Assembly: GCA_964016885.1 (NCBI GenBank)
Contig: OZ024750.1
Coordinates: 32,178,001-32,242,000 of the forward strand
Length of the DNA: 64,000 nucleotides
Direction of reading: 5' to 3'
Source: Eledone cirrhosa
Taxonomy: Eukaryota
The stretch's first letter is position 1; every line of letters begins with the position of its first letter. The notes below the pieces were generated by a model. That model searched no databases. It saw nothing but the letters and a program-made list of their open reading frames with translations, and had not been told where the DNA came from. This document shows positions 1 through 12,920 of this stretch, piece after piece. A program made the position numbers and the translations under genes.

Positions 1-225
1 TCACCTATACATGCCATCTTCAGAAATGATGAAGTATGTTTATTGAAAGAAACAAAGTATTAAATTTTAACTCTGTAAGTATATCTATCAATTAATATAA
101 TTTCCTTTTATGTATCTAGGTTTCTTGTTTCTTGATATTTAAATAGTATTAGTATTTCTCACTAACACTCTCATCACCCCAATTTTTTTTCCCTTCGCTT
201 TTAACAGCATTATTTGATAACATCC

Positions 226-638
226 AGGGCGGTGAATTGGCAGTATCGGTAGAGGGTTGGACGCCATGCTTTGACGCATAGAGTTACGGCCCTTGCCATT
301 CTGAGTTCAAATCCCGCCGAGGTTAACTTTGCCTTTCATCCTTATGGGGTCGATAAAATAAAGTACCAGTAATGTACTGGATAATTGCTGGCCTTGTGCC
401 AAAAGTAGAAACAATTATTTGATAACATCCTTACGGGGTCGATAAAATAAAGTACCAGTAATGCACTGGTTAATTGCTGGCCTTGTGCCTAAAGTAGAAA
501 CAATTATTTGATAACATCAATCCCGCCGAGGTTAACTTTGCCTTTCATCCTTACGGGGTCGATAAAATAAAGTACCAGTAATGTACTGGTTAATTGCTGG
601 CCTTGTGCCAATAGTAGAAACAATTATTTGATAACATC
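226..638 (+). mobile_element. tRNA-derived SINE (family A) with two tandem partial 3' re-duplications
   Basis: A-box-like TGGCAGTATCGG and B-box GAGTTCAAATCC; body GCCTTTCATCC..GGGGTCGATAAA..GTACCAG; flanking ATTATTTGATAACATC recurs at about 209, 414, 503 and 623. Confidence 0.85.
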
Positions 639-870
639 AATTTTTTGGGAATCCTTCAATATCTCCTTGATTTGATCTCATTTTAACCCCTATCTCTTCC
701 CCATTGTATTCTTTTCATTCAAAGCATACATTTACATTCCTCCACTCCTAGCATTAAGTTCTACTGTTATTCTATCAACTTGACCGTTAACTCCTTTCTA
801 TTGGTCAATTCAAAACCTGTTCCCAAACAGACTTTTTATATTAATACTTTGTTTCTTTCAATAAACATAC

Positions 871-1013
871 TTCATCATTTCTGAAGATGGCATGTATAGG
901 TGAAGGTATATATATCTCCTCTGATAATTTATAATATTTTTTTACATAGATCTTTAATATAATATACATACCAACACACATATATATCCCAGAAACGATC
1001 GTAAAATGATGAA
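871..1013 (+). ncRNA. Type I hammerhead ribozyme motif with about 100-nt expanded stem II
   Basis: TTCATCATTT-CTGAAGA-TGG...CCA-GAAA-CGATCG-TA-AAATGATGAA: 10-bp stem I and palindromic stem III ACGATCGT. Confidence 0.75.
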
Positions 1014-1200
1014 TTTTGCAATATAAGGAACCTGTTCTTTGTTTTTATTTCATTGTTTTTATTAATTTATCTTGACTCTGTTTTCCTATGATTTTTTATC
1101 TTTAATTTTTTAATGCATTTTCTCTTTTCATAATATCTTCTATATTTGGATTATATTGAGTTCTTCATACGGATTGGACACTGCCGTTTATTTTGGTAGA

Positions 1201-1290
<90 letters not shown>

Positions 1291-1877
1291 TAAATGGAAA
1301 CTATATTTATAAAACCATATTTATTTTATTATATATATTTCAAGGGCGACCAAGCATGCCTGGTGCGTTTTCAGCAGATAAAATACAAAATTTGTTTTAT
1401 AAATAACCCATGGAAATCAACCTTAACGGTCGGGAATTCGCTGGATAGTGGAAACTTATTAGGGGTAATTCAAAGTTATGTGTGAATATGCAAATGAATG
1501 TATGAAAAATTGAAAAAAATAACCGTTTATTTAAATTACGCTGGGGAAAGATAGGGAAGAAAGAGAAGAAAGAGAGAGAGAGAATTACTGTTATGAGATA
1601 GATAGAGGGATAGAGATAAGAAAGAAATTTATCAGAGGATGAACTCATGTAACGTAAATAAGTCTTAAGTTTATATTAATGTTACGTATATTTACTAATT
1701 AATGTTAGAATTCTAATATAATACAATATAATATTTACTATTATAAGTATATAGAAAAAATAGATATATAGAAAAAGTAACGGCTTTCAAAATGTTTATT
1801 TATAAGCATACCGCATTTCTTTAGAAATACGAAATTCTAATTCCAGTACAGGTCTGCTCGAAACTAAATTCTAATTC

Positions 1878-1991
<114 letters not shown>

Positions 1992-2501
1992 GTAATTAAA
2001 AGGACAAAAATTCAGTGTTCCATCATATGGATATTTACTTACATATTACATATGTTTCACTATCGATCAGCTTGAGAATTGATCGATTGATGATCGATCC
2101 GGACTCTGGAATCGGAAGCTCCTCGGATATCTAGACTCACTCGACAGTGAAACGTATGTAATTAAGTATGTATATGATGCAATACTGATTCTTTGTTATC
2201 TTATATATTATTATTATTGACACTCTGCTCCCCACGAGCATCGAGCTCTCATCTTGGCATACCACCTAAGGACGAAATTAATTTGCACCTATATATATAT
2301 ATATGACGGATATTCCTGGCTTCTATTTCTAATTCTTCATTTATTATTTATCTTCATTCATTTTTGTTATTTATACAAAATATATAGAGAGTAACATTAA
2401 CTAATTTCGATCCATTGAGTACACAGCTGAAATTCCGGAATACTATACAAGACGAAAACAATATATATACACACAAACCTACGAACCTATATGTATATAT
2501 A

Positions 2502-2880
2502 TATAAACATGAAGTATAAGTCCACAGTCTAAAATTAACTTAGTTCATACATAGTCGCTGTTATATATATTTCGGTGAAAACCGTTACTCAACAGCTATC
2601 ACCTCATCAGAAATCTAGAATGTGAACTGAAAAACAAAGATAAAATAAAGTTTATTTTTGTTATTTCGATTCGTTGATATGCTCCAGCCCGAATCCAGTC
2701 TTGCTTTCTCAAGGCTCCGGTAGCATATGTTATCACCGAAATATATATAACAGCAACTATGAATAAAGTTAATTTTAACCTGTTGACTTATACTTCGTGT
2801 TTATAAATATACTCTGGAGTTAACAGACCCACTTGCGCACCTCGTCGAGTGCTCTGCGACAGGGAGAGTGTATGTAATAG
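2502..2880 (+). mobile_element. Older palindromic PLE-type unit, same family as 40131-40532; decayed HHR on minus strand at about 2557-2615
   Basis: Imperfect inverted arms 2502-2578 / 2733-2805; minus strand CTGATGA-GGTGA..TCACC-GAAA-TATATA-TA; tail ACTCTGGAGTTAAC..GCGCAC..TCGAGTGCTC matches the reverse complement of 40180-40222. Confidence 0.7.
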
Positions 2881-3629
2881 AAAAAAAACGAGCAGGTTTC
2901 ATTTACATATGAAAAATAATTATTGCGTGTCGACCTCTTACGCGCGTTTCACAGAGGATTGGCTTAAGGTGACCCATAGGAGTTATGGACCCTTACTATT
3001 TTTTCTTCCTATCAATATTATCCACAACCAGGCAACTCCCTTTTTTTTTATTCCTTGACAAAAACTTTGACAAAATCTGTCTTTACTGACACGATAAACT
3101 AGCACCGGGTCGTCCAAGCGTGACACATCCCATAAACCCCTGCTTCCTTATTTCACCAAAACAAGTCTTTGAGTGACCAATACACATTCCAAAACACGAT
3201 CACACACGCGTACAGACACACCACACACGAATCCTTAATTGCTGGCGCGCTCAGGCAAACACACACATGAATATCGATGAATATACACCCGCATTGATGC
3301 TCCACCAACCACACCAGCATATGAACACGAAATACAGGTATAGATGCAAGGGAATTAATCTAGTGTGATTTCTATAGTTTTCTCCCTTGCACTGTTGAAC
3401 GTTGATAAATGATTTATGCTAGCAATCTTTTTTCCTCGATGTGTGCATGTGTCAGCACACACACCAAACCACAGACACATGAAAGTATGCATGTATACGT
3501 GTTCACATATTCCCATGCATAAATATATAGGATATAATGAGTATCTACACACTCGCATATAATATATATCACAAAACAAGCTGGTGTAGAACAGAGCAAA
3601 CGAGAGAGAGAGAGAGAGACAATATAAAA

Positions 3630-3812
3630 TAGTCACTAAGGAAGTCACAGAATGTGTGATGGCAGAGCTTTGACAATAAACAAATAAACAATAAACAAAT
3701 AAACAACCATCTGGTTATTAAATTAATCGACTGGAAGTTTATAACAAATTGAAGTGAAAACAACAGGTGCGTGTATTTTTATTGGTAGCATGACCCTCCC
3801 AAAGTACAACAA
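3630..3812 (+). mobile_element. Decayed solo pseudo-LTR of the Naiad-like PLE family
   Basis: Aligns by eye to 33912-34122 (GTCACAG..TGTGTGA; AAATTGAAGTGAAA..GGTGCGTG..CATGACCCTCCCAAAGTA); HHR core mutated. Confidence 0.8.
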
Positions 3813-5847
3813 TATATATTTATATAGTATATACAACCTTGTAACAATATGTACGACGCTGTAATAGTAGGGATGACCCTGTAATTGTATACATGACGTG
3901 ATGTGACGTGCCATATATTTTTTGTTTATATGCAAGTGTGACACCATTTGAGATGTAATAAATATTGTTTACCTGAAGAAAAAAATATATATAATTTGAT
4001 ACTGGATATTAATAAACCTGGTTAAAGCCAGGTAGAGCTGCTCCTCACTTATATGATTTACAGGAAAATATTAAGTATTGATTGTTAATAATGACCAAAA
4101 GAGGGAGAAAAAATAAAGAAATTAAAAGAAGAAAAACGAAACATTGATTAAGCAGCGAAAGAAAATAAGATAGGGAGGAACGGACACTATATCCCAGGCT
4201 AAGCAGTGCCTCAGCTCCACCATGCAGACAAAATGGCAAAAGCATTACCAAAGAGAATGACCAGAGACTCCGGCTGAGAGAGCCACCCCACGTCATAGGG
4301 CTCCCTCATCAAGCGGACCACCGTCTTTCCGACTTGCAGTCTTTATTCCACCCACAAGCTCTCAGATATATATATTCATGTTGAGAGCAATATTTGTTTA
4401 TATTTGGATTTCTTTTGGTTATCTTTATTGCAACTGTAGATGTATAACAACAGAAGGGTCGTTTCAGTCCTTTTTTAGTTGGTAGATCTGAAACAACTTT
4501 CATTTTACTACCTAAACAACGACCATTACAACCACCATCTAAACCACCGTCGCCATTACAACGATTGTGTTGAGATATATTTGATGCTTGTATGTCTAGT
4601 AGACAAATATAGTAAAAGGAATTTTTAAAATATTTTTTTAAAATTTAGTGTCAGAAGGAAATGTTTTTTGTCAACAACTATTACAGATCTTCTGGTTCTC
4701 GTGGGGTTTATACAGTTGATAGTTCCGGTGTTCGTGGTACCCCGGACCACATCCCTACTCACTGCTATCGGAACGAGGTTGGCTACACGCAGGTGCCAGC
4801 CCCGCGAGGTGGAGTGGCTGTTTTAGTGCAGCTCCCTCGCCGTAGTTAGGGACAATGCATTCTCTATCATGTCAGCAGCAGAGATCCAGAGGCCGAAGGC
4901 AAGTTAGTTGGTAGTGGTGAATACTAAGTCCGAACGTCACTTTCTACAACTAAAGTATATTTACAAATGCAAACATATAGATGTTAAAACAGTGAAATTT
5001 TATTAGAAGATTGACGTTAGCAGCACAGAAAATTACTGAGAATGTTGTTGAGAAAGTCAGTATGGATGAAGAGAGAAGATGACTCAGTACTAGTGAATGC
5101 ATAAAGTAGAGATGAACTGCAGCTTGGTAGTGACTAGTAGTAGAGTTTGTTGTTAGAGTGGTAAATTATACAGTGTAGGAAGGCAGCGTTCCTGTAGGTT
5201 AGACTACATATTGCGTTGGGGAGTAAGCCTTTGTTGATTAGTTGGGTGGAGTTATACTCGATGTGGTATTGGTTGCCTGCGTTTAGGTGATTTACAGATG
5301 TGGGAGCAGTAGCCTATGGCAGATATTATTTTAGCTTTAAATGTTCGACTGCATTGAGGTTTGTGAATTAGTGCATCTTTTCTGTCCCAGAAAACTATAA
5401 ATAATAACAATTACTCCAGCGTTAACAGCACAATGATAATGTGCGTCTATTTACATAACAGCAACAAATTATAGACTGCTACAGGATATCTTTACATGTG
5501 GATCTCTATATTTCAACCCTGTTTACTGTAGACATATAAAATATTGTACATACTATAGACGAGGATATATTAAACACTTCTATAAGATGGTGCTTAAAAT
5601 AACAACAAAAAGAACAACAGGATCTACCAATACAAACTGGACAAACAATAACTTATATTCTGCCACTAAATGATTCTTAGAACGTACTGTTTACTATTTA
5701 CATTAATTGGTTAATGCAGTCAACCTGAATCGATTCGAACGAATCTCCAATCACAGAAAGGGCCCGTTCTCTTTATTTACTGTCATTGTATTCTATGTGT
5801 AAATATATTATAATTTATAGTTACTTTACCGTTAATAATAATAATAA

Positions 5848-5889
<42 letters not shown>

Positions 5890-6277
5890 TATAAGTATTA
5901 ATAAAATAGATGTTCTTTTGATCAATTACATTTTATTATACATATTTCGGATGTACAACAGTACCTCAACAGACAAAATATAATGATACATGACATACCC
6001 TGAGATATTAAATGTTTAAGATTTAATCATTTGACATAATCATCGAATATTGTTTAACAACTTAACACTTATATATATATATGCGTGTGTGTGCGTGCGC
6101 GTATATGAATACGCGCGTACTTTATCCCCTTTTCTTTTCTTATTTTACCTCCGTTCCTTCTTCTTCTCACTCTTTATCTTTCTATTTTATGTTTTATTTC
6201 TAACTATCTTCTAATGGAGTACTAGTGTCCAAAATGTTAAAACTCTTATTCCTATTGTTTCAAGCATTGAATAATAG

Positions 6278-6473
6278 AGGGCAGTGGATTGGCAGTATCA
6301 GTAGATACGGACGGCATGCTTTTCTGCATAGAGTTACGGCCCTTTACGGTCGGAGTTCAAATCCCGCCGAGTTTAACTGTGCCTTTCATCCTTACGGGGT
6401 CGATAAAAAAAAATGTACCAGTAATGCAATTGGGATAATTGCTGGCCTTGTGCCAAAAGTACAAACAATTATT
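6278..6473 (+). mobile_element. SINE family A
   Basis: Same head/body as 226-420; degenerate TSD TTTCAAGC.TT.AATAATA. Confidence 0.85.
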
Positions 6474-6575
6474 TCAAGCGTTAAAATAATATATTTCTTC
6501 ATTGCACTGTGTCGTTTGTTTCAGTTTCTGTTTACTTTTTAATATATAACATGCATACATACATACATACATAGA

Positions 6576-6625
<50 letters not shown>

Positions 6626-7410
6626 CAATTTCTGTAGTAAAAAAAAAACCTTACTATTATATATATGTATACTTTTGTTGGTGTTTATATTACAAACAGT
6701 AGCAACGTCATGTTATGTTCCAATCGTAGGGACTGTGATTTAATCACTAACGTGTTCCTCCTACCATAGTAAAAAGAGGATATCATTGTTAATTGATCTG
6801 GAATTTGGCGAATAATTGTATGTTTGTAAGCAGCAAGGAAATATTGGCTTGTTATTTTCAGGCTAAATATTAGGTTATTTCCCTTGTCGATCAATTTTCT
6901 ATTGAGTTTTCTCCCTTGCTACGTGGCGAAAAATTTGAAGTGCGTGTGTGATAACAGTGTTACACTTTCTTAATATACATACAGGTACTTCGTTCTCTTG
7001 CCTATCACACACACACGCACGTTGATTAATCTACTGAGGTGATTCAACTTGCCCTCGTATTCATCTCATTCTAGATGCGCGACTGTGTGTCCGGGAATTA
7101 CATATACATACCAGAACCAAACTCCTACTGTCACTGCCTGCATCTATCCCGCTCTTCCCATCTCTCACTAGTATGAGCAAATGGGAGCCCAGACGCCTGA
7201 CAGAATAGAGGAGGCGTTTCCCAGAAGGATGGTGGGGGGAGACGCGCTGGAAGAGCAATTCCAGTTCACGAGGCTCACTCCTGCGGGTTGCCAACTCAGT
7301 GCCGAAGGTGGGGAGCATGGAGGAAGCCCAAGGGCCAAGGACAGCAGAAGTCTCCACTGCCATGACCTTGACCGCAAACCTGTCGGAGAGCAACCGATAT
7401 TATATAGGCC

Positions 7411-7580
7411 TTGGATTGGCAGTATGGGTAGAGGGTCGGACGCCATGCTTTGACGCATAGAGTTACGGCCCTTGCCATTCTCAGTACAAATCCCGCCGAG
7501 GTTAACTTTGCCTTTCATCCTTACGGGGTCGATAAAATAAAGTACCAGTAATACACCTGTGCCAAAAGTTGAAACAATTA
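7411..7580 (+). mobile_element. SINE family A
   Basis: Family consensus; TSD ATTATATAGGCC on both sides. Confidence 0.85.
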
Positions 7581-7963
7581 TATAGGCCGAATTCTCAACT
7601 TATATTATTTGGTATAATTGTAACGTTTGGTAGAATAATTAACATTCAATGCTCTCTAAACCTTTTCTCACTCTTACTTATTTTTAGTTCAATTAGTCTA
7701 AATGTTTTATACCCATATAGGTAATTCAGCTGACAATCAATGTTTATATTTGATTGACCAACAGTTAAATATATATATATATATATGAGAGACGTAAAAT
7801 AAGAAAATTAGTAAGTAAGTTAATTTTATAATTTTCTTATTTTGCGTCTCTCATATTACTGTTCTGCATCCCATGTATTGAACCACAAAGTTACTAAGAC
7901 AAAACCTATATATTTGCTAGCATAAGTATGCATCTGTGTATATATATGTTACTAGATATATTA

Positions 7964-8005
<42 letters not shown>

Positions 8006-8982
8006 TGGTAAAAAGGTAAAGAAAATGCTGACAAATTTTTCCCAGTGAAAAATAGTTTAATTAGGAATAAGTATAAATTAGTAATAAGTATTAGTTAGTA
8101 TTCAGTTTTAGTTTTAAGTTTTTACCGGTTGCGCATTTCTTATGCTTTTCAAAAATAATTTTGAGGTAGAGTGCTCGTGATTTTTGCTCTAATCTGATCA
8201 GTTTTGGAAATTCTTCTAGTTTTATGTGAAAAAGGTGGCTTGGAATGTATTAAGATTTGGTTGGTTGCTTAATGTCACGTGAATAAGCACTATAAAATTC
8301 GCGCCAATTAGGTTTTTGAAAAATTCTTGTAGTCAAAACTATTTTGATTGGTCGGTAGAAGTCACGTGAATGTTTAAATTGGTTTTACCGCGAGCTGGTT
8401 TCGCGCCAAATGTTGAAACATATTTTTCAGCTCCATCATTTTTTTTTCTTTTTACCAATATATCACAACTCGTGTGTCACACCTCCATAAAAAAAAAAAA
8501 AAAAATAGAGAGAGAGAGAAAAGCTTCTACAGGACGAGAATTGGTTCATTCGTGATAAATCATCAGGAAGCTGTTTGTCCAAATAAATATGGTGGTATTT
8601 ATATATTTTCTGGTGGTAGAAGATGGTGGGGATTGGGATGGGTGGAACTCATTGGTTGATGGGTTTAAATAAACCCCCTTTCTTTAAACCCATCAACCAA
8701 TGAGCTCCAACCATCTTGTAGACACCTGAAATATAGGCATTGTTAGCTTAAGAGAAACTTAAAAATAAGGAATGGCACTCAAACCTGAACTGGCGAAACA
8801 GATCACTTCGGATTTGAACGTGTGTTATATAGTTATAGAGGTATTTATTTACGCTTTAATTTATATTTTTAATTATCGTGTCTATACTCTGCCTTCCATA
8901 GGTTATAGATTCCATACACTGGTGGGTTTTCCCTGTTTTATTGATGGCGCACTGTATCTCTCTCTAGTGTGTTACCTTTTAA

Positions 8983-8984
8983 AC

Positions 8985-9047
<63 letters not shown>

Positions 9048-9306
9048 TATACACACACACACATATATACACACACACACACCTATATATATACACACAC
9101 ACATATATATATATACACACACACACACATATATATATACACACACATATATATATATACACACATATATATATATATACACACACATATATATACACAC
9201 ACACATATATATATATACACACAGATATATATATATATACACACACATATATATATATACACACACACACACACATATATATACACACACACACACACAT
9301 ATATAT

Positions 9307-9341
<35 letters not shown>
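8983..9341. repeat. Compound (TA)n(CA)n microsatellite
   Basis: Direct reading. Confidence 0.95.
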
Positions 9342-9477
9342 GTCTCTCAAAGTTGTCTAAATGTTGATATAGATTTCGACGTTAAACCTGTATCAAGGTA
9401 ATTTTAACAAAATTTTAACAAAAAGAATTTCCAGGATTACATTACAAAAAAATCCTCTACTACTCCTAAAATGTATA

Positions 9478-9572
9478 ATAATTGTTTCTACTTTTGGCAC
9501 AAGGATAGCAATTACCCAATGCATTACTGGTACTTTATTTTATCGACCCCGTAAGGATGAAAGGCAAAGTTA
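9478..9572 (-). mobile_element. SINE family A, 3' half
   Basis: Reverse complement of family body and tail. Confidence 0.8.
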
Positions 9573-10099
9573 TGTATAATAATGTTTCATATTGTATTTT
9601 GACAAACGATTCTAAGTTCCAAACTCTTCTTGACTTTTACTCCATGAATGATTTTGACTAATTCATTTTCAAATTTTACTAGATACTTGTTATATGGTGG
9701 GTTTTTCGTTGACCTAAATTTCCCCTCGAAATTATTCCTAGCTGGGTTATCCTGATTTTCCTTTTTTCTTTCATCAAAGTGGGAAGCACGTCACCGCATT
9801 CTACGTACGAAGAAATCAGTTTTTCAATTAGTTGCTTGGTAAACTCTACCTTTCCAGCTATGGGTACATCCTTAAGTGATGAGGAGATATTAAAACATTA
9901 CAACTTTTCAGTATCTGTTATAGAACAAAGCGATCAACTATGATAAGAGCATAAGTTTGTTCAATTAGAGAAAGTTGGTTCATTGAAAATCTGTCGATAT
10001 TTACATAACAGATGTCAAGCCAGCTTATGCTGGCCAGTCGTTGAAGTGAATAAGTCGTGTGACCGGCTGCATATGAACGGATATTTATATCTCTTGTGG

Positions 10100-10172
10100 A
10101 TTTTATCTGAAGAGAACACGTTGGCACATGTTATAGAAAAGCCATACGTCTTCGAAATACGTATAATAAAAT
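10100..10172 (+). ncRNA. Type I hammerhead ribozyme motif
   Basis: ATTTTAT-CTGAAGA-GAA.ACGT-TGGC..GCCA.ACGT.TTC-GAAA-TACGTA-TA-ATAAAAT; palindromic stem III ATACGTAT. Confidence 0.85.
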
Positions 10173-10454
10173 AAATAGGAATGGACTAACGCAACCGTAC
10201 TTGTTTATATATATATATTATGATTCAAGATATAGTGAGGCACACAAACATTTTGATCATCAATTGTCCCTCATACCATATAACAATTTCAAATATTTGT
10301 GAACCAACAAACACATATCATTACCAGTACAAAAACTATATCAGCGAGAACAACAGAATTATCGGAACATTGGTAAACTAAACATAGAAATATACAGTGA
10401 ATATCTGTGTATATATAATATATAAGATCAAAAGATGGTTAAATGAGTTCCATG

Positions 10455-10525
10455 TATTTTATTATGCGCATTTCAAAAACAAATATCATCATGCAATAAC
10501 ATTTGTGTTTTCATCAGATAAAATA
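10455..10525 (-). ncRNA. Type I hammerhead ribozyme motif (mirror of 10649-10719)
   Basis: Reverse complement reads TATTTTAT-CTGATGA-stem II-GAAA-TGCGCA-TA-ATAAAATA. Confidence 0.85.
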
Positions 10526-10648
10526 TGAGGACATGATATGAAGGTTAAAAACACTCGTGGATAGTGCAGTTTTAAATCAACATATCATATATGTTGATTT
10601 AAAACTGCACTATCCACAAGTGTTTTTAACCTTCATATCATGTCCTCA

Positions 10649-10719
10649 TATTTTATCTGATGAAAACACAAATGTTATTGCATGATGATATTTGTTTTTG
10701 AAATGCGCATAATAAAATA
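10649..10719 (+). ncRNA. Type I hammerhead ribozyme motif
   Basis: TATTTTAT-CTGATGA-AAACACAAATGTTATT..GATGATATTTGTTTTT-GAAA-TGCGCA-TA-ATAAAATA; 8-bp stem I and palindromic stem III. Confidence 0.85.
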
Positions 10720-10842
10720 CATGGAACTCATTTAACCATCTTTTGATCTTATATATTATGTATACTCCAGTCCTACAAACTGTAGAGTCCTTCTTATCCG
10801 ATATCTGCATTGCTTTATTGTACTACAATAAAACTCACCTCC

Positions 10843-10881
<39 letters not shown>

Positions 10882-12920
10882 CAGTCGTTAAACTGTTGTC
10901 AAATAAACAGAACTAATATAAATATTAAGTTACTTGCTGTATATGTTTATCTTTCTGTTTGTGATTTACCAATGTTCCGACGATTCTGTTGTTTATTCAC
11001 GTATACGTATAAGTGTGTATGTACTTGTGTCTACGATAGTAGGGTGTATATGTGTTATTTGTATGTTTTTTTTAATTTATTTTTTAAATTATAAGTGTGT
11101 ATACATATATATATATTTGTGTGTACGATAGTTGGGTGTACAAGTGTTCTGTATGTGTTGTTTAGTTCTCTAATTTATTTTAGTCACCGATACCTAAAAT
11201 GCTGAAACACCATGTACATATGAAATGGTGTGTGTGTGTGGGCTAGCATGTGTATGCGTGTGTGCGTGCGAGTGTGTGAGTATATGTGTAATAATTGCTT
11301 TTCAATTTCTCGAGTTTTCATTATCACTAATATGTAAACTACTGGAGCAGCACTACATGCGAAAGAAGAGTGTGTATGGAGGCGAGCATATATGTGTACG
11401 TGTTTATGTGTGTGTGTGTATCTGTGTACGTGTGTGTATGTGTGTGTGTATATATGTGTACGTGTGTGTAAGTGTGTATGTGTGTGTGTATATGTGTAGT
11501 TGAGTGTGTGTGTGCGCGTGTGTGTATTAGTTGCTTTCAATTTTACCCACTCTTCATTATGTCTCCTTGACCTGGCTTAGGTTTCTCTGCTATCTGAACA
11601 GATAATTCTGATTAATTCAGCAGTGAAACAGCTATAAAATATGCCGTATTCATTTTAGCAGAACACTTGATGAGAATTCGAGTTATGGCCATCAAATAAA
11701 CCCCTTTAATGAAGGTCATTTAACTCGAAGCTTTAGAACTTAAAGAGAAGGACACTCCGTATCGAAAATATTTAAAACCTAATGTTGAAAACTCAGTTGA
11801 AATGCATTAATGTTACTTCAACCGCCTGGTTGTTTTATTTGTTGTTGTTGATGTTGTTCTCTGCCATTGTTGAGCAAACAGATGTGTTATGACAACTATT
11901 CCAACCGTGACCAACCTGTCTCTGCGTTTTGATCTTAAAGTGTCCAGTTCTACATCATATACCGTCATCCCATTGTTTATAAGATAGTAAAGAGTGATTC
12001 GAGGGAGATTCATATAATTCAGAGCGAGATTCTCGTGTATTTATTATTGCATTCATATACATCCCTATCATATTTTAGTAATATATTTCATATTTTATGC
12101 GTAGTTATTTTCTATTAATTGCTATCAATTCCCTATATTTCCCACTGTGTACTTTTACAGATGAGGCAGAGCTAAGTAACTGCCACAGTTTTTTTTGTAG
12201 TATTTGTTCTTGATCTTAGAACTCTAATTTCTAATCCGCTGAGGTCAACTTTGTCATGTCATTCATGTATGTATTGGTAACTGAATTACTATTCCAAGTT
12301 ATTGTATCAGTCGTAGTTTAGAGCGTGCGACAAGATACTTTGTGACACCTGCTGCATTCTGAGTTCCAATTCAGCCCAGGTGCCAATGGTCAGGGTTAAT
12401 TACCTAGAACAACACCCCGTCCAAACCCAATTGACCAAGGCAGAAAAAGTAAGCCAATGATTACTATAGATAAGCCACCAACAATATCCAGCATAGAACT
12501 AACAACGACTACATGGAATTGTATAATTTACACAAATCTTTCGATTAACTGGAGTGGAAACGTATTGTCTCGTGGTGTGCTGGACTTAAAATCATAATGT
12601 TTTGGGTTTGATTCCTGGATCAGATTGTAAGTTGTGTCCTTGAACAAAACAATTTCTTGTTACTGTAGATTATTCAGCTGAAAATGATAACCAGTAATAG
12701 CTAGGGGTAACCATGCGCTTGACTGGCATCCTGTTCAGGGATGGGTCTTCTACTCTCAGACGCTTCAGTGTTCTACTCATCGACACCAGGATAAGCACCG
12801 ACCTGGTCAGTTACCGATCTCGAGACATTCTAGTTTATCGAAAAACAACGCGTCTATAAAATAACCTAATGTCATACATAATTTAGAATCCATGAAATGC
12901 AAGTAAACTATTAAATAGTG

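Larger units (their letters stand above)
1..1200 (+). mobile_element. PLE-type remnant: inverted arm (1-63, runs off window) + direct arm from 841 with HHR + tail ending at (CT)n(TA)n; SINE nested in spacer
   Basis: 1-63 is the reverse complement of 841-903; HHR at 871-1013; microsatellite begins at about 1201. Confidence 0.7.
10409..10847 (+). mobile_element. Young palindromic PLE-type unit: two about 177-bp inverted arms, 3-nt loop, about 80-bp tail, then (TA)n
   Basis: Near-perfect palindrome 10409-10765 centred on 10587; tail 10766-10847 recurs inverted at about 39697-39782. Confidence 0.85.

Noticed and set aside
226-330. tRNA genes at the A/B-box motifs
   Set aside because: They are SINE heads fused to a constant body, with TSDs and no complete cloverleaf.
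7061-7400. GC-rich ORF cluster as a gene
   Set aside because: No clear motif; probably a decayed retroelement fragment, family unassignable by eye. The same applies to about 14820-14980 and 60100-60600.
11813-12013. Possible host exon (MTVYDVELDTLRSKRRDRLV...)
   Set aside because: Short, no recognisable domain and no convincing splice context; it cannot be supported without RNA or homology data.
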